A DNA stretch of 60,067 nucleotides from Oligoflexus sp. (GTDB lineage: Bacteria > Bdellovibrionota_B > Oligoflexia > Oligoflexales > Oligoflexaceae): NCBI GenBank assembly GCA_041736305.1, contig JBGSTX010000002.1, positions 1-60,067 on the forward strand. The letters run 5' to 3'. Positions 19,029 to 27,482 of this stretch are shown here, piece after piece. The translations under genes and the position numbers were made by a program. The notes under the pieces are model-generated. The model made no database searches. It saw only the letters and a program-made list of their open reading frames with translations, and was not told the DNA's origin. The first letter of the stretch is position 1, and each line of letters opens with the position of its first letter.

Positions 19029-19520
19029 ATGAACAATCCCTACAAGAACTATCAGAAAACACAGGTGACGACTGCGAGCAAAGAGAAGATACTTCTCATG
19101 CTTTACGAAGGAGCCATTCGCTTTACCAAGCACGCCATCGTCGCGATGGAAGAAAAGAAAATAGCCGAAAAAGGCAAGTACATCAGCAAGGCTACGGCTA
19201 TCCTTTCCGAGCTGATGGCCACCTTGGATTTCAAAGTCGGTGGGCAACTCGCAGCCGAGCTCGAAAACCTCTACGTTTTCATGATCGACAAGCTTATCGA
19301 AGGTAACATTCGCAATGATGTAGAGTGTCTGAGGTCAGTAGAAAACATCCTCCGCACTCTCTACGTGGCTTGGCAGGATGTCGTAGAAAATCCTCGTCCA
19401 GACGGTGTTCCTTCACCTAAGCTGCAGCCTGAAGAATACCAGAAGTGGATCGAGGCGAACGGTAGTCAGGAAGCTGAAAATAACGGAATAAATCCTAGTA
19501 AACAAAGAAATATGGCCTAA
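19029..19520 (+). CDS. fliS: Flagellin export chaperone
   Basis: YQKTQVTTAS..ILLMLYEGAI, LDFKVGG, LENLY. Confidence 0.95.
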   Translation: MNNPYKNYQKTQVTTASKEKILLMLYEGAIRFTKHAIVAMEEKKIAEKGKYISKATAILSELMATLDFKVGGQLAAELENLYVFMIDKLIEGNIRNDVECLRSVENILRTLYVAWQDVVENPRPDGVPSPKLQPEEYQKWIEANGSQEAENNGINPSKQRNMA

Positions 19521-19527
19521 AAAGACC

Positions 19528-19557
19528 GAGAGCGAAGCTAAGCTTCGCTCTCACTTT
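19528..19557 (+). terminator. Hairpin terminator after fliS
   Basis: GAGAGCGAAGC-TAA-GCTTCGCTCTC perfect 11-bp stem, then ACTTT. Confidence 0.7.
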
Positions 19558-19693
19558 CTACCCACGTAATTCTGCCTAGTATCCTCCGATGTCTGTATTT
19601 TCGCAACAATCTGCTTCCACTCATCCTCAGTGCTAATCTGGAAAAGTACCGATTACCGAGACTTTTGTATCTGGGATTTTCACAGGGGGATCT

Positions 19694-21013
19694 ATGGCTA
19701 TATCTCAGGCTCTTTACACCGGTGTCACCGGTTTGTCCGTCATGTCCGACAGCATGGCTGTCGTGGCGAACAACTTGGCAAACGCCAATGCTAAGGGCTT
19801 CAAGTACGATAGGGTCGAGTTCGACGATCTCCTCTCCCTCGACATGGGTTCATCGGCAGGTTCAGCCCAGCTAGGCCGCGGTGCTCGCCTCAGCGACGTC
19901 CGAACGATTCACACCCAAGGTGGTCTCTCAGTCACCGACCGACTCTCCGACTTGGCAGTCCAGGGCAACGGATTTTTCGTTGTAAACAATCCTAAGGGAG
20001 AAAAGCAGGAAGCGGGAGGCCAGTTCTTTACCCGGGTTGGTGCGTTTCACTTCGATAAAGATGGATACCTTTCGGATCCCACCGGAGGTCACCTTCAGGG
20101 ATATGCGGCTGATGATAAGGGTATCCTTTCCCCTCAACTGACAGACATTCACTTGGCTACGAACAACGTTCCACCCAAGTCGACCAACACGCTCAACATC
20201 AACGTTAACCTCGATGCGCGAACTGCAGTTAAAGAAGGCGAATTCAATATTGCCAATCCGGTCGAAACATCCGATTTCGTATCGACTGTCAACGTCTTCG
20301 ATAGCATGGGTAACAAACATGCTATGACCACCTACTTTAAACGCGTGGAAGACAATGAAGGGATTTCCTGGAAGTGGTATGCGACAGCCGACGGGAAAGA
20401 AGTGGTCGACGGCGATGGTGCTCCGATCAAGCAGATCGGATCTGGTACAGTCAAGTTCGATTCCAAAGGTAATCTCCTGAGCGAAGAGACCGAAGAATTC
20501 AGCGCTAACTTTATCGGTGGGGCCGCCCAGGATCAGAAGATCGACATGGATTTCGGTAAGAACATCCTGACTGAAGGTGGCAACGGAGTCGGAGCTTCTA
20601 CCGCTACGGCTGCACAGTCAATCACAGTGTTCCATAGTCAGAACGGGTACGAAGCAGGCAATATCAAGTCGCTCAAGATCGGGCTCGATGGCAAGATTGC
20701 AGGGCTCTACACGAACGGCATCGAACGCTTGCTCGGCGGAATTGCGATGGCAACTTTCGAAAACACCGATGGTCTGATGAAGGCGGGTAGAAACCAGTTC
20801 TTCGCGACCATGGACTCGGGTGCCCCGCGCATCGGTCAAGCTCAGACGGGAGTCCGCGGCTCGATCTACGCTTCAACCCTTGAAGAATCGAACGTCGACA
20901 TGGCCCAGCAATTTGTGGAAATGATACGGAGTCAGAGGGGTTTCCAGGCTAACTCCCGTACCATCACTACTACCGACAGCATGATTGAAGAAGTTGTTAA
21001 CATGAAGCGCTAA
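19694..21013 (+). CDS. flgE: Flagellar hook protein
   Basis: VANNLANAN..GFK, DLAVQGNGFF, FDSMGNKH, LEESNVD, QRGFQAN; 439 aa. Confidence 0.95.
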   Translation: MAISQALYTGVTGLSVMSDSMAVVANNLANANAKGFKYDRVEFDDLLSLDMGSSAGSAQLGRGARLSDVRTIHTQGGLSVTDRLSDLAVQGNGFFVVNNPKGEKQEAGGQFFTRVGAFHFDKDGYLSDPTGGHLQGYAADDKGILSPQLTDIHLATNNVPPKSTNTLNINVNLDARTAVKEGEFNIANPVETSDFVSTVNVFDSMGNKHAMTTYFKRVEDNEGISWKWYATADGKEVVDGDGAPIKQIGSGTVKFDSKGNLLSEETEEFSANFIGGAAQDQKIDMDFGKNILTEGGNGVGASTATAAQSITVFHSQNGYEAGNIKSLKIGLDGKIAGLYTNGIERLLGGIAMATFENTDGLMKAGRNQFFATMDSGAPRIGQAQTGVRGSIYASTLEESNVDMAQQFVEMIRSQRGFQANSRTITTTDSMIEEVVNMKR

Positions 21014-21027
21014 GATACGGTTTAGTT

Positions 21028-21055
21028 AGGGCCTCCTCTAGCAGGGGGCCCTTTT
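21028..21055 (+). terminator. Intrinsic terminator after flgE
   Basis: AGGGCCTCCT-CTAGC-AGGGGGCCCT-TTT. Confidence 0.75.
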
Positions 21056-21060
21056 CTTAA

Positions 21061-21852
21061 TTATATGCGCTGGCGGTCGAGTCCATTGGGACTTCGCGCA
21101 GAAACCTTGCTTTGGCTTCTCGGACTAGATTCGAGACGCTGGCCTATCAGATTTTGGACCCGAAGTGCATAGTTGTCCAAAGACTCATTGGGAAGGTGGG
21201 CTACCGGAGGCAGTACTTCAATTTCCAGTCGCGCCGGGCAGGGGATCCCCGATTTTTTTTGAACCATATCCCGTGTGCCGCGTAGCACCAGGGGTAAAAT
21301 ATCGACGCCGCTCTCCACCGCTAAGCGGAACGCGCCCAGCTTGAAATCCTTCAAACGCCCATTCTCACTGCGTGTGCCTTCCGGAAAGAAAACCATGCTT
21401 ACGCCTTCACGCAGCCACTTAGCGCTCGCCTGCATCGCGCTCCCGTGGCTACCGCGATCTTCGCGCCTGATGGGGACGTACCCAGCCCAACGCATAGCTG
21501 TGCCAATTATAGGAACTTTAAAGACTGCAGCTTTAGAGAGCCAACGAAACTGGGCTCCCGTGAGATATAGGGCCCAGATGTCGGCCGCACTCTGATGATT
21601 CGCAACCATAACCACCGGCTTAGAACCGGGTTTAGGCAAATTCTCACGTCCGAAAACTTCGTAGTGCCAACCGGGGGTGAAAAGGACGATGGCCCGCCCC
21701 CAGACCGTAGCTACCCAATGGGCGCCATGAGAAAGCTCACTGGGGCGAAAGAGCTTATAAGCACTGACCACCAGCACGAGCCAGACGAAGAGGATCAGCG
21801 TTAAGCTGACGAAGCTCAACCAGAAAATTGCAGCTCTAAAATAATTAACCAT
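21061..21852 (-). CDS. plsC: 1-acyl-sn-glycerol-3-phosphate acyltransferase
   Basis: NHQSAAD, FFPEGTRS, FKLGAF. Confidence 0.93.
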   Translation of the reverse strand: MVNYFRAAIFWLSFVSLTLILFVWLVLVVSAYKLFRPSELSHGAHWVATVWGRAIVLFTPGWHYEVFGRENLPKPGSKPVVMVANHQSAADIWALYLTGAQFRWLSKAAVFKVPIIGTAMRWAGYVPIRREDRGSHGSAMQASAKWLREGVSMVFFPEGTRSENGRLKDFKLGAFRLAVESGVDILPLVLRGTRDMVQKKSGIPCPARLEIEVLPPVAHLPNESLDNYALRVQNLIGQRLESSPRSQSKVSARSPNGLDRQRI

Positions 21853-21864
21853 GAGAATAGTCCT

Positions 21865-23076
21865 TCAGTTCGATCCGAGGAGAATACGGCTGGCTTCGCG
21901 AGCCAGGAAGCGTGCTATGGCTTCTTTACTATCCAGAGTCTCGGGTGCATCTTTCGCATTTTGATATATGAAAGCGCGATGGCGCTTTTCATCGACATCG
22001 TCTTTGACATTCATAATGAGATGGGAAAGCCGGTAGCGATCGATATAGGCAGCGGCTAAGGCCGCGCTCTTCTCGTTCCTTTCTGCTTCCAGCTTAAAGC
22101 CAACTTTCATCGGAATATTTTGTGAAAGCTGAGCGATAATTTTGGGTGTCTTGACGAATGTTACTTTCAGCTCCTCATCGGAGCGTATCTTCCCAGCGTG
22201 TTTCGACTCAGGAATGAAGTCGAGGACAGAGGCGGCAAAAATGGCAGCCCCCAGGTCTGCTGAAGCTTCAGCGGTGACCGCGGCGCTCATCTCGGCATTT
22301 GTTTCGACCCGAGTGAGGGAGCTATAGGAGCGTGGCAGGATCGCGCTTGGGCCGGCGATCGTGTGGACGCGGAAGCCTTGCCGGTAGAATTCGTGGGTGA
22401 TCTCGGTGCCTAGACCGCCTGAGGAATAATTGGAGATGTAACGCACGCTATCGATATAACCGCGCGTGGTTCCCATCGTAAGCAGAACTTTAGGGGCATT
22501 CGCGCTAGCGGTTTTCAGCCAGCGCTGCTTACGAAAGAAATGCGAAATTTCATCGGCGAGAGCTTGAGGCTCAGGGAATTTCTGCTTCCCTTCTTCCTGT
22601 CTCGCATTGAGAATCGTGCAGTAGGAAGCGAGAGTCTTAAGATTCTGAGCCACAAATGGGGAATCGAGGAGGCTGTCGTGCATGTTGGCGACGAGGAGTA
22701 CCGGCTTTTTCTGGCCTAGATATGACGCTACCAAGGCACTGGCAGGCGAGTCCGTCATGCCTTGAGCTATCTTTGCTAAAATGCTTGCGGAAGCAGGAGC
22801 GACAATGCAGCCGTCGCGAAGGGCAATATGCGACGCGCTTCCTTCGAAACGTTCGATAGTCGGGCGAGCCGCTGCCCATGAGAGGGCTGTCTCTGTTGCA
22901 AACTGAGAGCCTCCTCGGGTCAGCCAGGGATAGATCTCAGCTCCAAGGCGCCGCAGAGCTCGTACTAGCCTCACGCTTTCAACAGCGCCGATAGACCCCG
23001 ATACGACGAGATCCAAGTTAAAACCATCGAGAGCATCTGATAGAGGGCGGACCGCGAGGTCTTGAGACGACGTCAT
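21865..23076 (-). CDS. coaBC: Bifunctional phosphopantothenoylcysteine decarboxylase/synthase (archaeal-type N-domain)
   Basis: SGSIGAVE, APASAS..AKIAQG, T.GTTRGYIDSVRYISNYSSG, GKIRS, VGFKLE. Confidence 0.9.
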   Translation of the reverse strand: MTSSQDLAVRPLSDALDGFNLDLVVSGSIGAVESVRLVRALRRLGAEIYPWLTRGGSQFATETALSWAAARPTIERFEGSASHIALRDGCIVAPASASILAKIAQGMTDSPASALVASYLGQKKPVLLVANMHDSLLDSPFVAQNLKTLASYCTILNARQEEGKQKFPEPQALADEISHFFRKQRWLKTASANAPKVLLTMGTTRGYIDSVRYISNYSSGGLGTEITHEFYRQGFRVHTIAGPSAILPRSYSSLTRVETNAEMSAAVTAEASADLGAAIFAASVLDFIPESKHAGKIRSDEELKVTFVKTPKIIAQLSQNIPMKVGFKLEAERNEKSAALAAAYIDRYRLSHLIMNVKDDVDEKRHRAFIYQNAKDAPETLDSKEAIARFLAREASRILLGSN

Positions 23077-23105
23077 AAGTGACCTACAAAGTGAAGCGCG
23101 CAGTT

Positions 23106-23390
23106 AGGTACTCAATATACGGCCCTTAAACCTCTCCTTCCAAGTCTAAGACTATGGATGGAGATTCCTGGCCTTCGGGCGTTCAGCGTTTCCCTGGTCT
23201 TGTGGGCTCCAGGGCTCTTGCTGAGGCTTACTCGGCCTTTTTTCCGATCCCTCCAGGGAAGACGTCACTTCCCGGCTCCCGCTCATGCGTTCACCTTTGA
23301 GATTCTCTGAGGACGTTCCCGCTATAGGGCTGCCGGAAAAGGACAAGGTTTGATGTCCTTTCGCAGCCGACCTGGCAGCTGCCAGATCTA
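23106..23390 (-). ncRNA. Putative TnpB omega (re)RNA overlapping the tnpB 3' end; guide ~23125-23106
   Basis: Series of stems within the low-complexity C-terminal codons (23372-23385; 23328-23368 GGCTGC/GCAGCC plus AAAGGACA/TGTCCTTT; CCCTGG/CCAGGG) followed by the right-end hairpin. Confidence 0.7.
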
Positions 23391-24815
23391 GCGAGGATTT
23401 TATGATTTCCTTGCGGCCTTCTTTCACAACACTGTTTTCCGTAAAGCAGCCAAGAAAGGCTGAAAGTGTGTCGCGACCGATCACAAGGCCGCAGGACATG
23501 CACGAATGGGTGCGTTCACTCAGGGCTTTCTTCTTTGCTTCTCCACAAAGACAGGTTTGAGACAAACGCGTATGGAAAGTGTTGATCAGTTCCCCACGAC
23601 CTCCGAGCTTTTCAGCTGTTCGGAAAAGTGATGCCTTCAGGCTGGCCGGGGCCGATTCTCCAACGGATTTCCCGTAACGCTTTTGTAGAGCCTTGTAACT
23701 GATATCTTCAAGCTTGACCACTCGGCCTAGCTGCATAATCTCGTGGGCACGATGGCCCAAGATGCATTTTCTATGGCACGCCATCCGGCGGTCGCGTTCT
23801 TTTTTCTGCAAGGCGAGCTTTTGGTAATTTCTTGTCCGATTAAGGCGGACGCCTTTCCTCAAGGATCCCGTCTTAAAAGCCTCCTTGTTATTCAGACGCA
23901 AAGAGCGGGACATTTTGCGTTGCAGGGCTTTGCATTCACCCATCAATCCTTTGAGGCTCTGTGGAACGATGCAATCTTCGAAGGAGATGAGCTCGTTGGA
24001 TACAGCAATCCTTTTGGGTCCAAAATCAACCGATACACTTTGTCCTTGAAAGGCCTCACCAAAGCGGGAAACTAGACGGGCCCTGTGTCTTCTCTCCTTC
24101 TCCGTATCACGGTAGGCTTCTCCTTCCAGACAGATCTGAACAAACCAGCCTTCCCGCCCAGCGAGGCTTCTTTTGAAGATCTGGCTGCTTTTGATTCTAT
24201 GCCCAAGGGCATGACGGTGATAGGGATCTTGAACGTCGATTTTGAGTTGATACTCTTTTTTTCTGAAGATCAGACGGGCGGTCTCACCCGTGATTTTGAT
24301 CTGAGGACTCTCCTTGTTCGACGTGCCCTTCAGTGAGAAATCAGATCCCTTCCTTTTAAAGCGGCAGCGTTTGGCCTTGCCGAACATTTTTCTTTCTACC
24401 GCTCTGAAGGCTCTTTTTCCTATTTCCTGAGCAACCTTGGATGGGACAAAAAGATCAAAATCCACGCTGCCAATTCTCAGTTTGGAAGCCAGGGAAATCG
24501 CCGAAAACTCGCTCATACCATAGTCCAAGCGAAGTTGAGCGAAGTCCGCCTTCCGTTTCGGATCCGATTTAGGCAGAAGAACTGTGTTTTTGTATGCTAG
24601 GCTCGCCTTCATACGCGATAGATTTTTGAGCAAATTTCCCAGCACGGCATTATAGAGCTTTCGGCCAAACTCTTCGGACTGCCGAAGCGAGCCAAAGTCA
24701 TCCGGAGATGAAAGAATCTCGGTCTCGAATACAAAGGTTTTGGTCTTGGATCTTGCCAACATATCCTCCATCCATTCAAACACATGTATGGATATCGGAG
24801 CTATCTGGCAAGAGA
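23126..24815 (-). mobile_element. IS200/IS605-family tnpB-only element or domesticated tnpB locus; left boundary uncertain
   Basis: tnpB ORF; right-end hairpin GAATCTCCATCCATAGTCTTAGACTTGGAAGGAGAGG ending GTTTAA at 23126; no adjacent tnpA. Confidence 0.65.
23152..24762 (-). CDS. tnpB: RNA-guided endonuclease TnpB, ~536 aa
   Basis: RKLYN N-terminal motif; RuvC-I VDFG; RuvC-II LEDISY; zinc finger SQTCLCG...CMSCG; RuvC-III RD; GGAGG RBS before ATG 24762. Confidence 0.92.
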   Translation of the reverse strand: MLARSKTKTFVFETEILSSPDDFGSLRQSEEFGRKLYNAVLGNLLKNLSRMKASLAYKNTVLLPKSDPKRKADFAQLRLDYGMSEFSAISLASKLRIGSVDFDLFVPSKVAQEIGKRAFRAVERKMFGKAKRCRFKRKGSDFSLKGTSNKESPQIKITGETARLIFRKKEYQLKIDVQDPYHRHALGHRIKSSQIFKRSLAGREGWFVQICLEGEAYRDTEKERRHRARLVSRFGEAFQGQSVSVDFGPKRIAVSNELISFEDCIVPQSLKGLMGECKALQRKMSRSLRLNNKEAFKTGSLRKGVRLNRTRNYQKLALQKKERDRRMACHRKCILGHRAHEIMQLGRVVKLEDISYKALQKRYGKSVGESAPASLKASLFRTAEKLGGRGELINTFHTRLSQTCLCGEAKKKALSERTHSCMSCGLVIGRDTLSAFLGCFTENSVVKEGRKEIIKSSLDLAAARSAAKGHQTLSFSGSPIAGTSSENLKGERMSGSREVTSSLEGSEKRPSKPQQEPWSPQDQGNAERPKARNLHP

Positions 24816-24819
24816 TAAA
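24792..24819 (-). promoter_or_regulatory. Sigma28 (FliA)-like promoter upstream of tnpB
   Basis: TTTA-N16-TCCGATAT, about 30 bp upstream of the start codon. Confidence 0.4.
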
Positions 24820-24848
24820 AAAGCTAATCTCCGATGATGGGAGATAGC
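24817..24848 (-). terminator. Intrinsic terminator upstream of tnpB
   Basis: GCTATCTCC-CATCATC-GGAGATTAGC-TTTTTT on the minus strand. Confidence 0.7.
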
Positions 24849-25048
24849 GGGGTCCTCTGACCTCCAGCCAAAGATTTCTGCTCCTTCGCCCGCTTGGGAA
24901 ACCTTATGGCTGGAATACGTCGGACGACTGATCGAAAGCTCGTCGAATCTTAAATGAGAAGAAAGAGAAGTGGGGAGGATGTGGGAAGAAAAGAGAAGAG
25001 GTGTCGCGACGTCAAAGAATCCGCCGCGCGACCTAGATTCATTTTGGC

Positions 25049-25234
25049 TCAGGCCTTAGCGGCGGCTGTCTGGCCTTGGGCTTTAGCTTGAGCACGCTCG
25101 TTAGCGTTTGGCACGTTCAGCGGCAAGCTTGCGGGAGTAGAACCGTAAATACGAGTCCTATTTTTACGCTTTTTGCCGGCTCGAGCCTTGTTCATAGCGC
25201 GTCTAATTTTCGATTTCTTGGTTGGAGAAGCCAT
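25049..25234 (-). CDS. Small, very basic protein (61 aa)
   Basis: GAGAGGTAAGG RBS; MASPTKKSKIRRAMNKARAGKKRKNR. Confidence 0.8.
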   Translation of the reverse strand: MASPTKKSKIRRAMNKARAGKKRKNRTRIYGSTPASLPLNVPNANERAQAKAQGQTAAAKA

Positions 25235-25412
25235 GGTCCTTACCTCTCGACTGGGCTGCCTGTGCATGTAAGACGACGGAGCTTAGAGTAAATCTTGGAC
25301 CAACGCAAGACCTAAACAAGGAGAAAAGCTTCATAGAAGCCGCTCGAAAAAGCTGCGTCCATGATGGTAGAAGAAAGAAGGACGTTCAATTTCCAGTTCT
25401 ACGAGGATTGAT

Positions 25413-26045
25413 ATGCATATTCGCTCGGTCCTGATCCTTTCAACTAGCTTGTCGACGTTCTTGATTTGTTCGGCCGCCTCGGCGCAGGTCGATCCCGTAG
25501 ACAAGAATTTTGGCGGACCTTACGCAGGTGGGCAGGTAATTTTTGGCCAGGCCTATAAGGCAGGAAATGGTTCGCCTGGTGCGGCATTTTTAGGGGCTGC
25601 AGATATTGGATTCGGTTTGAAAAGAGATACCTGGAATCGGGTCGAATTAGGTTTGGAACTTGCGACAGGTACGGCGTCTTTTAAGGATGAAGGCGCGTTG
25701 GATATCGACGTCGATATTGATTTGAATATGCTCGTGATGCTTAAGGCAGGCTATGGCTACAGTTTGGGGGGCCCTGCCTTTGGATTCTTCCGCGCGGGTG
25801 TCGGAATGGTTCAGTCTGAGTACGAGGGTTCATCCTCGGGAGTAGATATTGATGGCGGGTCGTCGACAGGAGTCGCTTCCATGATAGCTTGGGATGCCGT
25901 CTATATGGCAAGTGATAAACTTGACCTGATAGGTGGGGCGAGTTTCCGTATCGTTAATTTTAATTTCAAAGATATCAGTGATGATCGGGGAACCTTCCAG
26001 ATGAATATACCCTCCGTTTATGGTGGGATTCGCTGGCGCCTTTAA
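25413..26045 (+). CDS. Small outer-membrane beta-barrel protein (8-strand OMP-like)
   Basis: GAGGA RBS; signal peptide ASA-Q; GPYAGG, RAGVG; C-terminal GGIRWRL. Confidence 0.8.
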   Translation: MHIRSVLILSTSLSTFLICSAASAQVDPVDKNFGGPYAGGQVIFGQAYKAGNGSPGAAFLGAADIGFGLKRDTWNRVELGLELATGTASFKDEGALDIDVDIDLNMLVMLKAGYGYSLGGPAFGFFRAGVGMVQSEYEGSSSGVDIDGGSSTGVASMIAWDAVYMASDKLDLIGGASFRIVNFNFKDISDDRGTFQMNIPSVYGGIRWRL

Positions 26046-26102
26046 GGCGGGCTTCGGGGTCCGTCTTAGCGAATTGGCCTTGACTTCAGGTCCCTATGCA
26101 TC

Positions 26103-26336
26103 TTAATTTCGGCAGCTCTTCTTTTTTCTAGCACCGATACACTCGGAGAGACCGTCATGGCCATAGTTCGCAAAAATAGACCTGCTCGCAAACGCAACAA
26201 AACGGCGCGTTACCGCGCTCAAAAGAAGCTCCGCGTCATGCGTCGTAGGAAAGCAAATTCTCACGGTAAGCGCGGCGGCGTCGTTCGCTCCTGATTCTAG
26301 TTTCTTGGTGCGGTAAGGATGAACGCTTGAGTTCAT
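26103..26336 (-). CDS. Possible small hypothetical protein (77 aa)
   Basis: Strong GAGGAGG RBS 6 nt before ATG 26336; no recognisable domain. Confidence 0.4.
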   Translation of the reverse strand: MNSSVHPYRTKKLESGANDAAALTVRICFPTTHDAELLLSAVTRRFVAFASRSIFANYGHDGLSECIGARKKKSCRN

Positions 26337-26411
26337 CCGTGTCCTCCTCATTCTTTCCTGTGTAGCCTCTGATACTATGCAAAATTCTCTCCGAAATCTT
26401 TGCCTTCAAGC

Positions 26412-27482
26412 TCAGCGGCCTAGGCAAATGCCAATGGCCTCGGCCGCCTGCAGGTACATATCATCAAGCGGCACGCGTCTAAATTTCTCAGCCACCTCTG
26501 AATAAGCGACTGTTTTGAGCTGGCTTCCTTGCATGACGACGACTTTTCCAAAATCTTTCTTAACAGCCAAATCAACCGCTTTAACCCCATACACCGTTCC
26601 TAGAACGCGATCCCTAGGACTGGGTTGGCCACCTCTCTGCACATGCCCCAGCACCGTGATACGCGTATCAGTCCCCGTCAGCTGGTAGAGCTTCTCGGCA
26701 ACATGGTGGCCGATGCCTCCCAGGTTTTTGCGACCCGAGGCAGTCGTCTGAAACGTCGGCTCAGCCCCTTTTTCCATAGCTCCCTCCGCCACGACCACGA
26801 CACTATAATTCTGTCCCTGCTGCTGGCGCTCGTGGAACTTCCGAATGATAGCCTCGTAGCTAAACGGAATTTCGGGTAAGAGAATCACATGAGCACCACT
26901 CGCGAGCCCACTGTGGAGAGCGAGGTGCCCTGCATGCCGACCCATCACCTCGAGCACCATAATCCTTTCGTGGGATTCAGCCGTTGACTGCAGGCGAAGA
27001 ATTCCATCACTTGCTACTTCTACTGCCGTTTCAAATCCAACGGTAATATCAGCCTGCATTAAATCATTATCGATGGTCTTCGGGATCCCGATAATATTCA
27101 GCCCCAAGGCGGAGAACTGGGCAGCAATGCTTTGGGTGCCATCACCCCCAATGACTATCACACAGTCGAGCCCGAGGTCCTTATAAGCATCGATCACCAG
27201 CTTGCTCTTGTCCCCTGCCTCCTTAGTTTTACCAGGATTGACTTTAAAGGGATTTCCTGAATTTGTTGTGCCGAGGATGGTGCCGCCGCGATTGAGAATG
27301 CCCGAAACATCCCTGAGATCCAAGGAACGCACGCGATAAGGCCGCTCAAGGAGGCCCGTGAAGCTGTCTTCGATCCCTATGACTTCGTGTCCCAAGGTGC
27401 CGACCGCATAGCGGACTATGGCGCGAATCACGCTGTTCAATCCCGGGCAGTCGCCGCCACCTGTACTCAAACCTATCTTCAA
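26412..27482 (-). CDS. pfkA: 6-phosphofructokinase (group III type, probably ATP-dependent)
   Basis: GGGDCPGLN, GGDGT, PKTIDND, EVMGRHAG, LGHVQRGG; TTG start. Confidence 0.95.
   Translation of the reverse strand: MKIGLSTGGGDCPGLNSVIRAIVRYAVGTLGHEVIGIEDSFTGLLERPYRVRSLDLRDVSGILNRGGTILGTTNSGNPFKVNPGKTKEAGDKSKLVIDAYKDLGLDCVIVIGGDGTQSIAAQFSALGLNIIGIPKTIDNDLMQADITVGFETAVEVASDGILRLQSTAESHERIMVLEVMGRHAGHLALHSGLASGAHVILLPEIPFSYEAIIRKFHERQQQGQNYSVVVVAEGAMEKGAEPTFQTTASGRKNLGGIGHHVAEKLYQLTGTDTRITVLGHVQRGGQPSPRDRVLGTVYGVKAVDLAVKKDFGKVVVMQGSQLKTVAYSEVAEKFRRVPLDDMYLQAAEAIGICLGR

Noticed and set aside
23152-24762. TnpB as a nuclease-dead TldR repressing flagellin
   Set aside because: All three RuvC acidic residues are present, and I saw no match of the predicted guide to the fliC region.
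24860-24950. SRP RNA or hammerhead ribozyme upstream of tnpB
   Set aside because: GAAGGAGCAG resembles SRP domain IV but the tetraloop stem cannot pair; CTGATCGAAA does not fit the CUGAnGA-stem-GAAA core.
24784-25048. CRISPR array next to TnpB (Cas12f-like locus)
   Set aside because: No regularly spaced direct repeats on either side of the gene.
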